A stretch of 64,000 nucleotides of DNA from Octopus vulgaris (GCA_951406725.2 OX597833.1:1240001-1304000), one strand, 5' to 3'. Shown: positions 42,097 through 59,650, counted from the first letter of the stretch. Translations and numbers: made by a program. The notes: generated from the letters alone by a model not told the origin.

Positions 42097-42380
42097 GCAT
42101 CATGAAAATCTCAGCTTTATTTTGCCGGGTATGATAGAAAAGGTCGGCCGTTCACAGCCACAAGACGAAGGTGACACTTGAGTGCTGATCATGATTCAAG
42201 AATTCTGCTGAGAACTCTGGCAGTTCCAAGCAAAGAGGAATTTGTAGGTGTTCTATTTTTACATTTGCACCAAACTTTTAAACTTATGTCAAGTAGTTGG
42301 GTGCTGATACATCGAACTGTACTAATCACTATTGGTGCTATGTCCACTTTCTTACGATGGTAACACTCCATAACCATCAT
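42097..42380 (-). pseudogene. 3' end of an R4/Dong-like LINE with (AAT)n tail
   Basis: KKVDIAPIVIST...SSLLGTARVLSRILES* resembles the RLE-clade C-terminus (PIVIGALG...LLGTARILR); a short UTR runs into (AAT)n. Confidence 0.7.
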
Positions 42381-42518
42381 GTTTTTTTACGCCACTTTCG
42401 TCCCACTGCGTTTCTAGCATTTGCTAGCCATTCCGTGAGGTGTAAGTTCCGCTTTACTGAGTAATTTCCGCATTGTAAGATGCTCTCCGTCTCCATTATT
42501 TTACTATTCTAGATTGTA

Positions 42519-43030
42519 CAGTTAACTTCCGATTATTCGGCACCTTTGGGACCTGGAGAGTGCCGGATTATCAATTATCGATACTTTGGTTCACTGTTAG
42601 CAAAGAAACGGAGAAGCTGGTCTCTCTGTTTTTCCTTTTTTTATGTCGTAAACAGTCGAAGCTCCAACTTTGTATAATTCACGCAATTTTTCACAGACGC
42701 ACCCCTGTCAAGTTTTTTCAACAGTTCAACTTTTTCCATTGTGGTCAATGTATGGTGTAAATTCTTTACACCATGAGAAGCACTTCTTCTATGCATTGGA
42801 ACCATGTTGGGTCTAAAAGTGAAAAAGGTATAACCATAAATGAAAAACGAAAACAAACTGGAAAGGGCCTGCCCTTATTTACAAATGATGTTTGGATATG
42901 CAGCAAGTAGCACCAACAAATAGTAGCGGCCAGTCGGGTGCAGCCACCCGGGAAACTTGAAATTATTTTAAATTTTTCTAATCGAAATTAGTTCCGGATT
43001 ACAGATTCCCGGATTAGTAGGAGCCTACTG
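42519..43030 (-). mobile_element. Tigger/pogo deletion derivative with a CENP-B-type HTH remnant
   Basis: TA|CAGT...ACTG|TA ends; TLTTMEKVELLKKLDRGASV, then YKVGASTVYDIKK after a frameshift. Confidence 0.75.
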
Positions 43031-43287
43031 TATAAAGATTATGTATAATGGTAAGGTAATCGATCCAGAAATTTCTTCGAGGGGCGTGTTTGATTCTTGA
43101 CTATGAGATTCGTCTCCCCTGATACTGTAATCCGGTTTGATCTGCGATAATCGCCATTTATATGCTTTCTAAATAAGCTAAATAAGACTAAAACGATTAA
43201 AGGACCAAACAGTAACAGTATCACACTGTATAGGAAAATATCTTGAAGATATTTTAACGGGAGGTGGGGGTAACAATCACCCCTGCA

Positions 43288-43359
<72 letters not shown>

Positions 43360-43360
43360 C

Positions 43361-44482
<1,122 letters not shown>

Positions 44483-44484
<2 letters not shown>

Positions 44485-44890
44485 TCTTTTACTCTTTTAC
44501 TTGTTTCAGTCATTTGACTGCGGCCATGCGGGACCACCGCCTTTAGTCGAGCAAATCGACCCCAGGTCTTATTCTTTGTAAGTCTAGTACTTTTTCTATC
44601 GGGCTCATTTTACCGAACCGCTAAGTTACGGTGACGTAAACACATCAGCATCGGTTGTCAAGCGATGTTGGGTTGACAAACACAGACACGCAAACATTTA
44701 CACACACATACATATACATACATACATATATGCGACGGGCTTCTTTCAGTTTCCGTCTACCAAATCCACTCAAAAAGGCTTTGGTGGGCCCGAGGCTATA
44801 GTAGAAGGCACTTGCCCAAGGTGTCACGCAGTGAGACTGAACCGGAAACCACGTCGCTCGTAAGCAAGCAACTTACCACACAGCCACTCC
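44483..44890 (-). mobile_element. SINE family B, full length
   Basis: Reverse complement of the family B consensus. Confidence 0.85.
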
Positions 44891-44948
44891 TATGTATATA
44901 TATACATACATATATGTATATAATATGTGACAATTATTCGGTTGCCAT

Positions 44949-45009
44949 AATAAAACTCCGAGTTTCGGATGTTGGGGCAGAAACCTGCTCCGGCATCTCT
45001 TCAGTTATT
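44949..45009 (-). ncRNA. Type I hammerhead motif (left arm of a palindrome)
   Basis: AAUAA CUGAAGA GAUG...CAUC c GAAAC ucgga GUU UUAUU. Confidence 0.7.
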
Positions 45010-45057
45010 CAGGCAATTAAAATATGCTGTCTAAATATAGCATATTTTGATTGCCCC

Positions 45058-45118
45058 GGTAACTGAAGAGTTGCCGGAACAGACTTCCGCCCCAACATCC
45101 GAAACTCGGAGTTTTATT
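45058..45118 (+). ncRNA. Type I hammerhead motif (right arm of a palindrome)
   Basis: GGUAA CUGAAGA GUUG...CAUC c GAAAC ucgga GUU UUAUU. Confidence 0.65.
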
Positions 45119-45233
45119 ATGGCAACCGAATAACTGTCATATTACATTACTGATAAATACCTCTATTTACATAATATCGAGGTTTATCTTAATTCTCTTG
45201 TTGTCTTACCATTACTATTAATATATATGTATA

Positions 45234-45300
<67 letters not shown>

Positions 45301-45413
45301 ATATTTCGGAATGGTCATTTGCCAGTTTAGCCAATAAAAACACACGCACTATATATTTGGTGTTATTTTGCTTCAGTGTTATTTATTTTTTACATTAATC
45401 TTAATCTTATTTC

Positions 45414-45458
45414 GGCCAGAGTTCTTTCGTCACTCTCCTGTGACCGCATCAGTGGTCC
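45414..45458 (-). ncRNA. Variant minimal type I hammerhead motif
   Basis: CCA CUGAUGCg GUCAC aggaga GUGAC GAAA Gaa CUC UGG, in a ~230-bp (TA)n-flanked island; A9 is replaced. Confidence 0.5.
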
Positions 45459-45530
45459 TTTGCCTTCTTCTTTCTGATTTGTGTCTCTCCTTACTAACCG
45501 TCAGCCATTTTTCACAACAAATATTATAAA

Positions 45531-45571
<41 letters not shown>

Positions 45572-46021
45572 CATACACACACGACGGGTTTCCACGCGTT
45601 TTCTGTCTGCCAAATTTACTCATAAAGCAATGGGTTGATCCGGGTCTATAGTTGAAGGCATTTGTCCAGCGTGTCATGTAGTCGGACAGGAACCTGAAAG
45701 CACGTGGTTGCCACGTGACCTTCGTAACCACGCAACCATTCCTGTGCCTGGGATCACATATGAATATATCTTCTACATATTTATGACATAATCGACATTT
45801 CCTGCAGCATTTCCTGACGTTGGAATTTTCTGTCTTTTCCACGTCAATTGTATATTCTGCAATCTTATCTGAGATTTTTGTATACCAAAAACGTAATCTT
45901 GGAAATGTCACGAGTTCAACAAGGTTAATCTTCATGTCAGTGTCGGTAATATTCTGTTAGTATATAATTCTGTTCGTTTTCTATTCTTGTAGTCTTATTT
46001 GTTTCAAAGAAAGCGGCCATA

Positions 46022-46106
<85 letters not shown>

Positions 46107-46109
<3 letters not shown>

Positions 46110-46260
46110 AGAGCTTACGAAAAAAACAAAAGACGAAAACAGGTGGTGTACAAAACAAACAGATGTATTAGTATAACGCTCAGGAATAGAAAGTCTTTTA
46201 CGTGTCGAGCCTACACTCGTCTACAGAAAGGGACACAGAAAAAAACAAGGAGAGAAAATC
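46107..46260 (-). mobile_element. Homologue of the 12.4-12.57 kb element with a decayed HHR core
   Basis: Minus strand reads TAGACGAGTGTAGGCTCGACACGTAAAAGACTTTC versus CTGAAGAGCGTGGGCTCGAAATGTAAAAGACTTTT. Confidence 0.7.
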
Positions 46261-46294
46261 ATGTGTGTATATATATATATAGATAGATAGATAG

Positions 46295-46341
<47 letters not shown>

Positions 46342-46422
46342 GATAGATAGATAGATAGATAGATTCTAACAAGAATGTGATGCAGCCTGACGGTGATAAC
46401 AAAATCTAGCATGCAATCATAC

Positions 46423-46454
<32 letters not shown>

Positions 46455-46559
46455 CCTTTCTAGCAAAGGCAGAGGGCTTAGGATTTGAACTCAGATCGTA
46501 GAAACGGACGAAATGCCGCTAACGATTCTGCCAGCTCGCCTTACACATTTTACATATTC

Positions 46560-46915
46560 GTTTCTACTGTAGGAACAAGGCCGGAAATTTTGGTTGTATG
46601 GGGGCAGTCGATTAGATCGATCCCAGTACGCAACTGGTACTTAATTTATCGACCCCAAAAGAATGGAAGGCAAAGTCGACCTCGGCAGAATTTGAACTCA
46701 GAATGTAAAGACAGACGAAATACCTATTTCTTTACTACCCACAAGGGGCTACACACAGAGAAGACAAGCAAGGACAGACAGACGAATTAAGTCGATTACA
46801 TCGACCCCAGAGCATAACTGGTACATAATTTATCGACCTCGAAAGGATGAAAGGCAAAGTCGACCTCGGCAGAATTTGAACTCAGAATGTAAAGACAGAC
46901 GAAACACCTCTAAGC
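46560..46915 (-). mobile_element. SINE family A with two tandem body units
   Basis: Junction GACGAAATACC|TATTTCTTTACTACCC at ~46724. Confidence 0.85.
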
Positions 46916-46961
46916 CTATCACCCAGATGTGTGTATGTGTGTATGTGTTTGTGTGTGTGTA

Positions 46962-47038
<77 letters not shown>

Positions 47039-47236
47039 ACACGAGTGAACGTGTGTGCGTCTGTATCACTCTCTCTCCCTCTAGAGCTTGACCGAACACA
47101 CAGACATACGCACACACAGACACACACACATTCCTATGGAGCTGTGAGGCAGTATGTACCATGCGTGTATATATATAAATATGTTATGTGTGTATGCGCA
47201 TATGTCTGAATGTAAAGATAGATAGATAGATAGATT

Positions 47237-47302
<66 letters not shown>

Positions 47303-47355
47303 CAGACAGAGAAAGCGAAGGAGAGAAAGAGTGACAGATAGCAGATATATGTATA

Positions 47356-47397
<42 letters not shown>

Positions 47398-47400
<3 letters not shown>

Positions 47401-47790
47401 CAATTTAATAAATAAAACATATGCATACATACATACATATATGTACATACCTACATCTATATGTATATATACATGCATATATGAGTACAGGACACCACAA
47501 ATAAACGTAGAACACAACGAGAAACGAAAACATAAAATCAAACAAGGAAACGGACTTTTTTTAACAACGAAAAAACAGAGTACAAGACAAACAATACAAG
47601 GAACATTCCCCTTCTTCAGCTGCCCCTGTTTCGACTCAATGCGTGTTTCGAAGGTAAGGGCAGAACACGACTACGCCGAAGCAGTCCTTCCCGCAAAATG
47701 AATTAAATAAAAAATTTTGCGGAGGGGTAAAAAAATAGTGAGAAGAACAGGACGTAAAAGCAATACAAATGAAAAAAAAACTACAAATAA
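47398..47790 (-). mobile_element. Family D element
   Basis: Colinear with 50358-51130 once the Helitron insert is removed. Confidence 0.75.
47608..47670 (-). ncRNA. Non-circularly permuted hammerhead motif
   Basis: CGU GUU CUGCCC uua CCU uc GAAAC ACG ... GGGCAG CUGAAGA AGG. Confidence 0.7.
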
Positions 47791-47793
47791 AGA

Positions 47794-47898
47794 GGCGCAG
47801 GAGTGGGCAAGTGTCTTCTACTATAGCCTCGGGCCGACCAAAGCCTTGTGAGTGGATTTGGCAGACGAAAACTGAAAGAAGCCTGTCATATATATGTG

Positions 47899-47943
<45 letters not shown>

Positions 47944-48510
47944 TTGTGTGTCTGTGTTTGTCCCCCCCCCAACATCGCTTGACAACCGATGCTGGTGTAT
48001 TTACGTCCCCGTAACTTAGCGGTTCGGCAAAAAGAGAACCGATAAAATAAGTACTAGGCTTACAGAGAATAAGACCTGGGGTCGATTTGCTCGACTAAGG
48101 CGGTGCTCCAGCATGGCCACAGTCAAATGACTGAAACAAGTAAAAGAGTAAAGAGCATATATATATATATATATATCACACGGTTGCGGGTTCAGTCCCA
48201 CTGCGTGGCATCTTGGGCAAGTGTCTTCTGCTATAGCCCCGGGCCTACCAATGCCTTGTGAGTGGATTTGGTAGACGGAAACTGAAAGAAGCCTGTCGTA
48301 TATATGTATATATACATATATATGTGTGTATGTTTGTGTGTCTGTGTTTGTCCTCTTAGCATTGCTTGACAACCGATGCTGGTGTGTTTACGTCCCCGTC
48401 ACTTAGCGGTTCGGCAAAAAGAGACCGATAGAATAAGTACTAAAAGGTGGTGCTCCAGCATGGCCGAAGTCAAATGACTGAAACAAGTAAAAGAGTAAAA
48501 GAGTAAAAGA

Positions 48511-48511
<1 letters not shown>
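47794..48511 (+). mobile_element. Two adjacent SINE family B copies
   Basis: Copies at 47794-48155 and 48177-48511. Confidence 0.85.
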
Positions 48512-48565
<54 letters not shown>

Positions 48566-48629
48566 AAGTGAGTGAGTGAGAGGGTGAGTAAGAGGGAGAG
48601 AGAGAGATAATACACACGTGTATCTATGT

Positions 48630-48664
<35 letters not shown>

Positions 48665-49173
48665 GGGGAGTATATGCGTGTGTGCGTGTGAGCAAGTGCG
48701 TGTGTGCATCTGTTGATCTCCCTGCTTCGCCAAGCAACGTTCGCCGAACACACAGACACAGAAACCGAGAGACGTGGCATTATTTCCCAGCAGCCAAAAA
48801 CTTTGGTCGGCCGCTGTTGCTCTCTATCGCTCCAGCCTCGTAACGTAAACTCTTACTCTATCTCTCTCTCTCTAACCCCCTCTCTCTGCCATTTCACCAC
48901 TCTTCCTCTTATCTCCTCCCCTTCCCACCCCCAGCGCTTTCTCACTCTCTCTCTCTCTCTCTCTCTCACTCTTCCCTCCCCCTTTCTCTCATCTTCCACG
49001 TACATCTGTTCGTTTGATCGTTTCATCTAACATTCCGTCAATCGCCAATTCTCTGACTCGGCGGTTAAGGAGCTCGTTTTGCAGCCATGCTGTTACGGGT
49101 TCAATCACGATGCGCAGCACAACTGTCTTTTAACGCCCGAATTCGATCAAAGTCTGTGTATAGTATATATATA

Positions 49174-49339
49174 GGCGCAGGAGTGGCTGTGTTGTAGTAA
49201 GTAGCTTGCTTACCAACCACATGATTCCGGGTTCAGTCCCACTGCGTGGCACCTTGGGCAAGTGTCTTCTACTATAGCCTCAAGCCAACCAAAAGCCTTG
49301 TGAGCGGATTTGGAAGATGGAAACTGAAAGAAGCCCGTC

Positions 49340-49395
<56 letters not shown>

Positions 49396-49583
49396 ATGTG
49401 TGTGTGTGTGTGTTTGTCCCCCCAACCATCGCTTGACAATCGGTACAGCAAAGGAGGGCGATAAAATAAGTATTAGGCTTACAAAGAATAAGTCCTGGGT
49501 TCGATTTGTTCGACTGAAGGCGGTGCTCCAGCATGGCCTCAGTGAAATGACTGAAGCAAGTAAAAGAATAAAAGAATAAGAGA
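49174..49583 (+). mobile_element. SINE family B
   Basis: GGCGCAGGAGTGGCTGTG head through tail. Confidence 0.85.
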
Positions 49584-49831
49584 ATATGTGCGCGTGCGCG
49601 CGCGCGTGTGTGTGTGTATGTGCGTGTGCGTTGTCACGGCTTGACAGCCGGTGTTCTTATGGTTACGTTTCCCGTAATGAACCGTTCAGCCAAATCATTC
49701 CGATAGCCTGAGTACAATACTATTTAAAAATTATAGTACTCTCTGTTTGTGTTTGTGTTTGTGTGTGTGTGTTTGTGTAAGTGTGTGTGTGTGTGTGTGT
49801 TTGTGTAAGTGTGTTTGTGTGTGCTTGCGTG

Positions 49832-49871
<40 letters not shown>

Positions 49872-50112
49872 GAGAGAGAGAAAGAGAAAGAGAGAGAGAG
49901 AGAAACATTATTATTTCTAAATCTCTCAAAGAGAGATATTCAGTAACATTTCCTTAAAGTAAAGACTATTTGCCAACATTATGTTGGCAAATATATAATG
50001 GAACTGCAGATAGAATATCCTTACGTATCTCACGTCTGTATTCATTCCCCCACTTCACTCTGTATCTCATATCTTCTCTATAAGAACTATTGCTTAAACA
50101 TTTTCTCGCACC

Positions 50113-50160
50113 GTATCTGAAGAAGGGATTTATAAAATATCCCGGAAACAGCTGTAAGAC
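50113..50160 (+). ncRNA. Minimal type I hammerhead motif
   Basis: GUaU CUGAAGA a GGGAU...AUCCC g GAAAC AGCU GUA AgAC; palindromic stem III ACAGCUGU. Confidence 0.65.
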
Positions 50161-50427
50161 CTTCTCTTTATAAATGTTCTGAAGTCTTTCATAGCCATGG
50201 ATTTTTTTTATCTCATTATGGACGGGAAATTCAAGGTAATCTCCTAAAAGCCGGCCTTCCCCAGTAAAAAAAACACTGACTGCTCGACTTCTTACAGTGT
50301 GCTTCTTCTCCGGATTAATGTTTTCTACAAACGATGTATATATATATATATATATAGTGTAATAAATAAAATATATGCATACATACAAACATATATGTAC
50401 GTACCTACATCTACATGTATATATACA

Positions 50428-50814
50428 CTAGCAGTATCGCCCGGCGTTGCTCAGGTTTGTAAGGGAAATAACTATAAAGCATTTTTAGAGAGTTATAGCC
50501 AAAAAATAGCAAAAAAATGGGAAAAAAATGATGGTAAATTTTTTTGAGAGTTAAAAAAGGTGGAGTTGCGTCCCCTAGACGGTCTGTGGTTTGGGTTTCT
50601 GATTCTCGACCCCATGTCGAATTTATCGATTTTTTTTCAGAACTGGGGGAACTTTTCAAAATTTTGGCTGCGTTAGTTTTGAATTATGACATTGGGCTAT
50701 GTGTGTGTGTCAAGTTTCATCAGAATCGGTTGAAAGCCGTGGTCAGGGTGAAGGTACAAGCAAACAGACACACAGAAACACGCACAGACAAACTGCCGTT
50801 TATATATAGAGAGA
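50428..50814 (-). mobile_element. Non-autonomous Helitron inserted in a family D element
   Basis: Minus strand 5'-TC...CCTGAGCAACGCCGGG hairpin...CTAG-3', between A and T with no TSD; empty site at ~47465-47478. Confidence 0.9.
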
Positions 50815-50981
50815 TGCATATATAAATATATATACGTGAGTACAGGACACCACAACTAGACGAGAAACGAAAATGGAAAAGCCATTTTTTTTACGGAACT
50901 CAACGAGAAACGAAAACGGGAAAAACAACATTTTTTTACAACAGAAAAACAGAATACAGGACATACTACACAAGGAAAAAT

Positions 50982-51043
50982 CCCCAATCATCAGCTGTCG
51001 CTAGTTAGACTCAATCGTGTTTCGAAGGCAAGACAGGACACGA
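50982..51043 (-). ncRNA. Non-circularly permuted hammerhead motif
   Basis: UCGU GUC CUGUC uug ccuuc GAAAC ACGA ... GACAG CUGAUGA uugggg; stem II is degenerate. Confidence 0.65.
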
Positions 51044-51397
51044 CTCGTCAAAACTAGGCCTTCCTGCGAGAGAATTAAAATAAAATTACCTCGCAGAGGG
51101 GTAAAAAAACAAGCAAGAAAAAACTGTAACACAAACAGGACGTAAAAATAAAACTGCACAATAAAATACAAGATAAAAATACATGTACAAGAAAATACAA
51201 AACGAGAAATAAAAAGAAAATACAATACGAGAAAACAAAATAAACAAGAAAACAAACGAGAAAAAACAAACGAAAAGGCCTTTTTTCTGGCTTAGACGGA
51301 GGATGTTCTAGCAGCGCATGGAAACACGACTTTACAGTTTGAAAGCAGCGTGCAAAAAGGAAGTGGTTTTGGCTAGCAGTGACAAAGAAGAGAAGGA

Positions 51398-51438
<41 letters not shown>

Positions 51439-51441
<3 letters not shown>

Positions 51442-51541
51442 GGAGTAAGTACATAAATGTAAAGCAAGGTGGAAAAAAAAGTACTCAAATACCAGAGATA
51501 GAGTAACAGTTTTTGTGATATTTCTGCTGCTTTTAATAAAG

Positions 51542-51543
<2 letters not shown>
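51439..51543. repeat. ~100-bp mini-element embedded in (TA)n
   Basis: Reverse-oriented homologue at 60569-60652. Confidence 0.7.
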
Positions 51544-51570
<27 letters not shown>

Positions 51571-51572
<2 letters not shown>

Positions 51573-52125
51573 TGGCTGCCCCCTCGTTATCGAGTATGGC
51601 CATTGCACGAAGCTTAATCAATGTTGTTATCGTGCAATACCTGTGCAAGAAGATTTTTTTTAAAGTGAGGAAAGGCTGTGCACTGTGTCAATCCCAGTCA
51701 CTAAGCAACAGCAGCCAAAATCCGAAAAGAAGAACAAATCAACATCATCGGTAACCACTGAGCCGCAGGTTTTATATCGGAGTTATCCCAGTTACCTGAG
51801 TTACCTTCTCCTAGAAGGATGCCCTAACAAAGTCTAGGAGTCCTTCACTCCCAATGGTTTAACCGCGCGATCGGGTATTCAGTCCGATTATTTCTATGTC
51901 CCCGCGCATGATACAGCCTTAAGACATATATTGGATGGCCGTTGACTGTCAAGAGGTCCTCCGCCCTTTGACAGGTTTTGATTTTCATCCCGCAGGGTGT
52001 CCAATAAACTCCCTCCTTACCAAGCGAGCTTGGTGGGGTTGCCGGTTTAGTCGCTGACGACCCGAAAATGCAACAGGTTGTACTGGGTTACATGTTACCA
52101 GTAGCACTCGAAAGTGACCTGACAT
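51571..52125 (-). mobile_element. Probable non-autonomous RTE-type element (5' UTR-like sequence + short 3' end)
   Basis: GC-richer non-coding island between TA tracts; minus-strand CTAGGAGAAGGTAACTC and CCGGCAACCCCACC resemble RTE 5' UTR motifs (from memory). Confidence 0.4.
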
Positions 52126-52450
52126 AAATATATATATACGATGGGCTTCTTTCAGTTTCTGTCTACCAGATCGACTCACAAGGCATTGGTCGGCCCGGGG
52201 CTATAGCAGAAGACACTTGACCAAGGTGCCACGCAGTGGAACTTAACCCAGAACCATGTGGTTGGGAAGCTAGTTTCTTACCACACAGCCACGCTTACAC
52301 CAGAAAGTATATTTATGCAAACTGTATTATTTCAAGACCCTTATTCTTTTATATATTTTAGCCTTGAGGTTGTGGCCATGCTGGGGCCATGAGGTTGTAT
52401 TAAAAAAATTTTAATATTGTGTGTATTTGTAGAAATATAAGCAAGTTATA

Positions 52451-52863
52451 GGCGCAGGAGTGGCTGTGTGGTAAGTAGCTTGCTAACCAACCACATGGTT
52501 CCGGGTTCAGTCCCACTGCGTGGCATCTTGGGCAAGTGTCTTCTGCTATAGCCCCGGGCCGACCAATGTCTTGTGAGTGGATTTGGTAGACGGAAACTGA
52601 AAGAAGCCTGTCGTATATAAGCATATATATATGTATGTGTGTGTGTGTTTGTGTGTCTGTGTTTGTTCCCCTAGCATTGCTTGACAACCGATGCTGGTGT
52701 GTTTACGTCCCCGTAACTTAGCGGTTCGGCAAAAGAGTCCGATAGAATAAGTACTGGGCTTACAAAGAATAAGTCCCGGGGTCGATTTGCTCGACTAAAA
52801 GGCGGTGCTCCAGCATGGCCGCAGTCAAAATGACTGAAACAAGATAAAAGAGAGAGTAAAGAG
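52451..52863 (+). mobile_element. SINE family B, full length
   Basis: Near-consensus copy. Confidence 0.9.
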
Positions 52864-52974
52864 TATATATATATATATATATATGTGCGTGTGTGTGTGT
52901 GTGTGCCTGTGTATGCGAGTGTGTTTTTACGTAAATGTATGTGTGTGTGCGCGTGTGTGTGAGCATGTGTTTAC

Positions 52975-53047
<73 letters not shown>

Positions 53048-53519
53048 TTCTCTCCCTCTCTTCCCCTCTCTCTCTCTCTCTCCTCTCTTACTCTTCCTTT
53101 TTGCATGTTTAAATTTGCTTAGGCCCATCACCAACATCATCACCATCATCATCACCATCCTCCTCTATCAGCTCCACCAACACCACCACCACATTTACTG
53201 TTGTTTCCCACCACCACCACCACTACCACCAGTTCAGCAACCGCTGCAGCGCCACCTATGTTTCACTTTGACTTCTCAAGAAACCAACCAGGTCGGTCCA
53301 CCTTGTTGCAAGAAATAACGGCCAATTCTCCCTCAAATCACAAGGATATCACGATCACTTTGTCGACAGCAACTTGGAGAAAGTTGAGACGGTCACGGAC
53401 GGGATGTACCTTTGGCCTCTCATCACAATAGGTCAGTCTCATAAGCGTTTGACCTAGGGTTAAATAACACCATCAACCGCCAACAACGACCTCAGCATCA
53501 TTCCCCCACCAATACACAC

Positions 53520-57660
<4,141 letters not shown>

Positions 57661-57689
57661 GGGATGGGTAGAGAGAAGTAAACACGAGA

Positions 57690-57921
57690 GTTGACCGTAC
57701 ACATCACCACCGTCGCCATTACTGTTACACTTATTCCAGTTCTCCAATCGAGTTTATTATTCTCTTATTCCGTGCTGCCTGCCTCTCAATTACAATTTAC
57801 AATCTCTGTTATTCTGCTCGTGCTGCCTGCCTCTCAATTACAATTTACAAATCTCTGTTATTCTGCTCGGGTATTCTATTATTCTTTCATTCATTACTCG
57901 CTGACGCTGGACCCTGTAAGT
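57690..57921 (+). other. Possible non-coding first exon ending at a GTAAGT splice donor
   Basis: Unique island after a (GAGT)n tract; CCT|GTAAGT with GT at 57916; contains a 48/49-bp tandem duplication. Confidence 0.25.
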
Positions 57922-59029
57922 CGCTTTTATTTTTGCATCTCTTCTTCGCCGTATCATCTCCTGTCTTCAAACTTCTTCTCACTTCTTCTTCTTCTTCATC
58001 TTCTTCTTCTTCTTCTTCTTCTTCTTCTTCTTCTTCTTCCATTCTTTCTTCCATTCTTTCTTCCATTCTTTCTTTCTTTCTTTCTTTCTGTCCTATTATT
58101 ATTATTACCATTAACGTCGTTATTTCTTATTGTTGTTAATGTTGCTGTTGCTGCTGTTATGGATGTTCCACGTTTTGCCTTGTTTTCTTTTCTTCTTCCC
58201 TTCCTTCCTTCTTCACTATCCCGTCTTCCTTCCTGCCTGCCTTTCTCTCTTCCTTCCCCCCTTCATTCCTTCCTTCCTCTTTGTTTACTTTTCTCCCCCT
58301 TTCGTTTCTTCCTTTACTTCTTTCTTCCTTCTATTTCTCCTTTTGTTCTTTCTTCCATCCATCCATCCTTCCTTCTTTCCTTCATAAACTTTTCCATATT
58401 CATCCTACACAGTTTCATTCTTTTTCAACTCTTTCCTCTACCTACGTCTATCTTTCTTCCTCTCTTTCTTCTACTTCTTTATTTATTTTTCTTTCTCCAT
58501 TCACATAAATTCCTTAAAGATAATTTTCTTCGTTTACCATCAACTTTTCTCCTTCTTTCCTACATATCGTCTTTCTTGAAACTTCCTACTTTCTTCATGT
58601 CTATTTTCCTTCAGTTCTCTTCACAATTCTTCGCATATTTCTCTTTCTGCTTTTACATACATTCTTCCTTTTCTTTTCTTCTTTTCTATTTCTCTCACAA
58701 CACGTCTTCTATCCTTTCTTTCGTCTTTCTTTCTTCCTTTCTTTATCTTCAAACAATTTTCTTCATTTTCGTTCTTTCTTTTCTCTTTCATTTTTTTTTT
58801 TTTTTTGGCTCTGAAGCTTTTATAACTTTTCTAGTTGCTCTTGTTTTTATACTTGTTGTTACTGTTGTTGTTGTTGTTGTTCTTCTTCTTCTTCTTCTTC
58901 TTCTTCTTCTTCTTCTTCTTCTATTTCCTTGTGTATGCCTCTGCGTGTTTCCATGTGCCTTTTCGATTTCTTTGTGCGTTTGTTGTGCGCTATATTTCCT
59001 TACATTCGACTATTTAAATGTGTGTGTAT

Positions 59030-59278
59030 GTATGCATGTATGTATGTATTTATGTATGTATGTATGTATTTATGTATGTATGTATGTATGTATGTATGTA
59101 TGTATGTATGTATGTATGTATGTATGTATGTATGTATGTATTTATGTATGTATGTATGTATGTATGTATTTATGTATGTATGTATGTATGTATGTATGTA
59201 TGTATGTATGTATGTATGTATGTATGTATGTATGTATGTATGTATGTATGTATGTATGTATGTATGTATGTATGTATG

Positions 59279-59310
<32 letters not shown>

Positions 59311-59360
59311 TGTATGTATGTATGTATGTATGTATGTATGTGTGTATGTATGTATGTATG

Positions 59361-59392
<32 letters not shown>

Positions 59393-59650
59393 TGTATGTA
59401 TGTATGTATGTATGTATGTATGTATGTATGTATGTATGTATGTATGTATGTATGTATGTATGTATGTATGTATGTATGTATGTATGTATGTATGTATGTA
59501 TGTATGTATGTATTTATGTATGTATGTATGTATTTATGTATGTATGTATGTATGTATGTATGTATGTATGTATGTATGTATGTATGTATGTATGTATGTA
59601 TGTATGTATGTATGTATGTATGTATTTATGTATGTATGTATGTATGTATG

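Noticed and set aside
45765-45935. KCRLCHKYVEDIF as an R4-like zinc-finger fragment
   Set aside because: Plausible but too short and isolated to support as a feature.
48690-48850. CpG-rich unique patch as a promoter
   Set aside because: No specific motif or adjacent exon evidence.
52050-52070. CTGACGACCCGAAA as a hammerhead
   Set aside because: No room for stem II and no cleavage-site helix.
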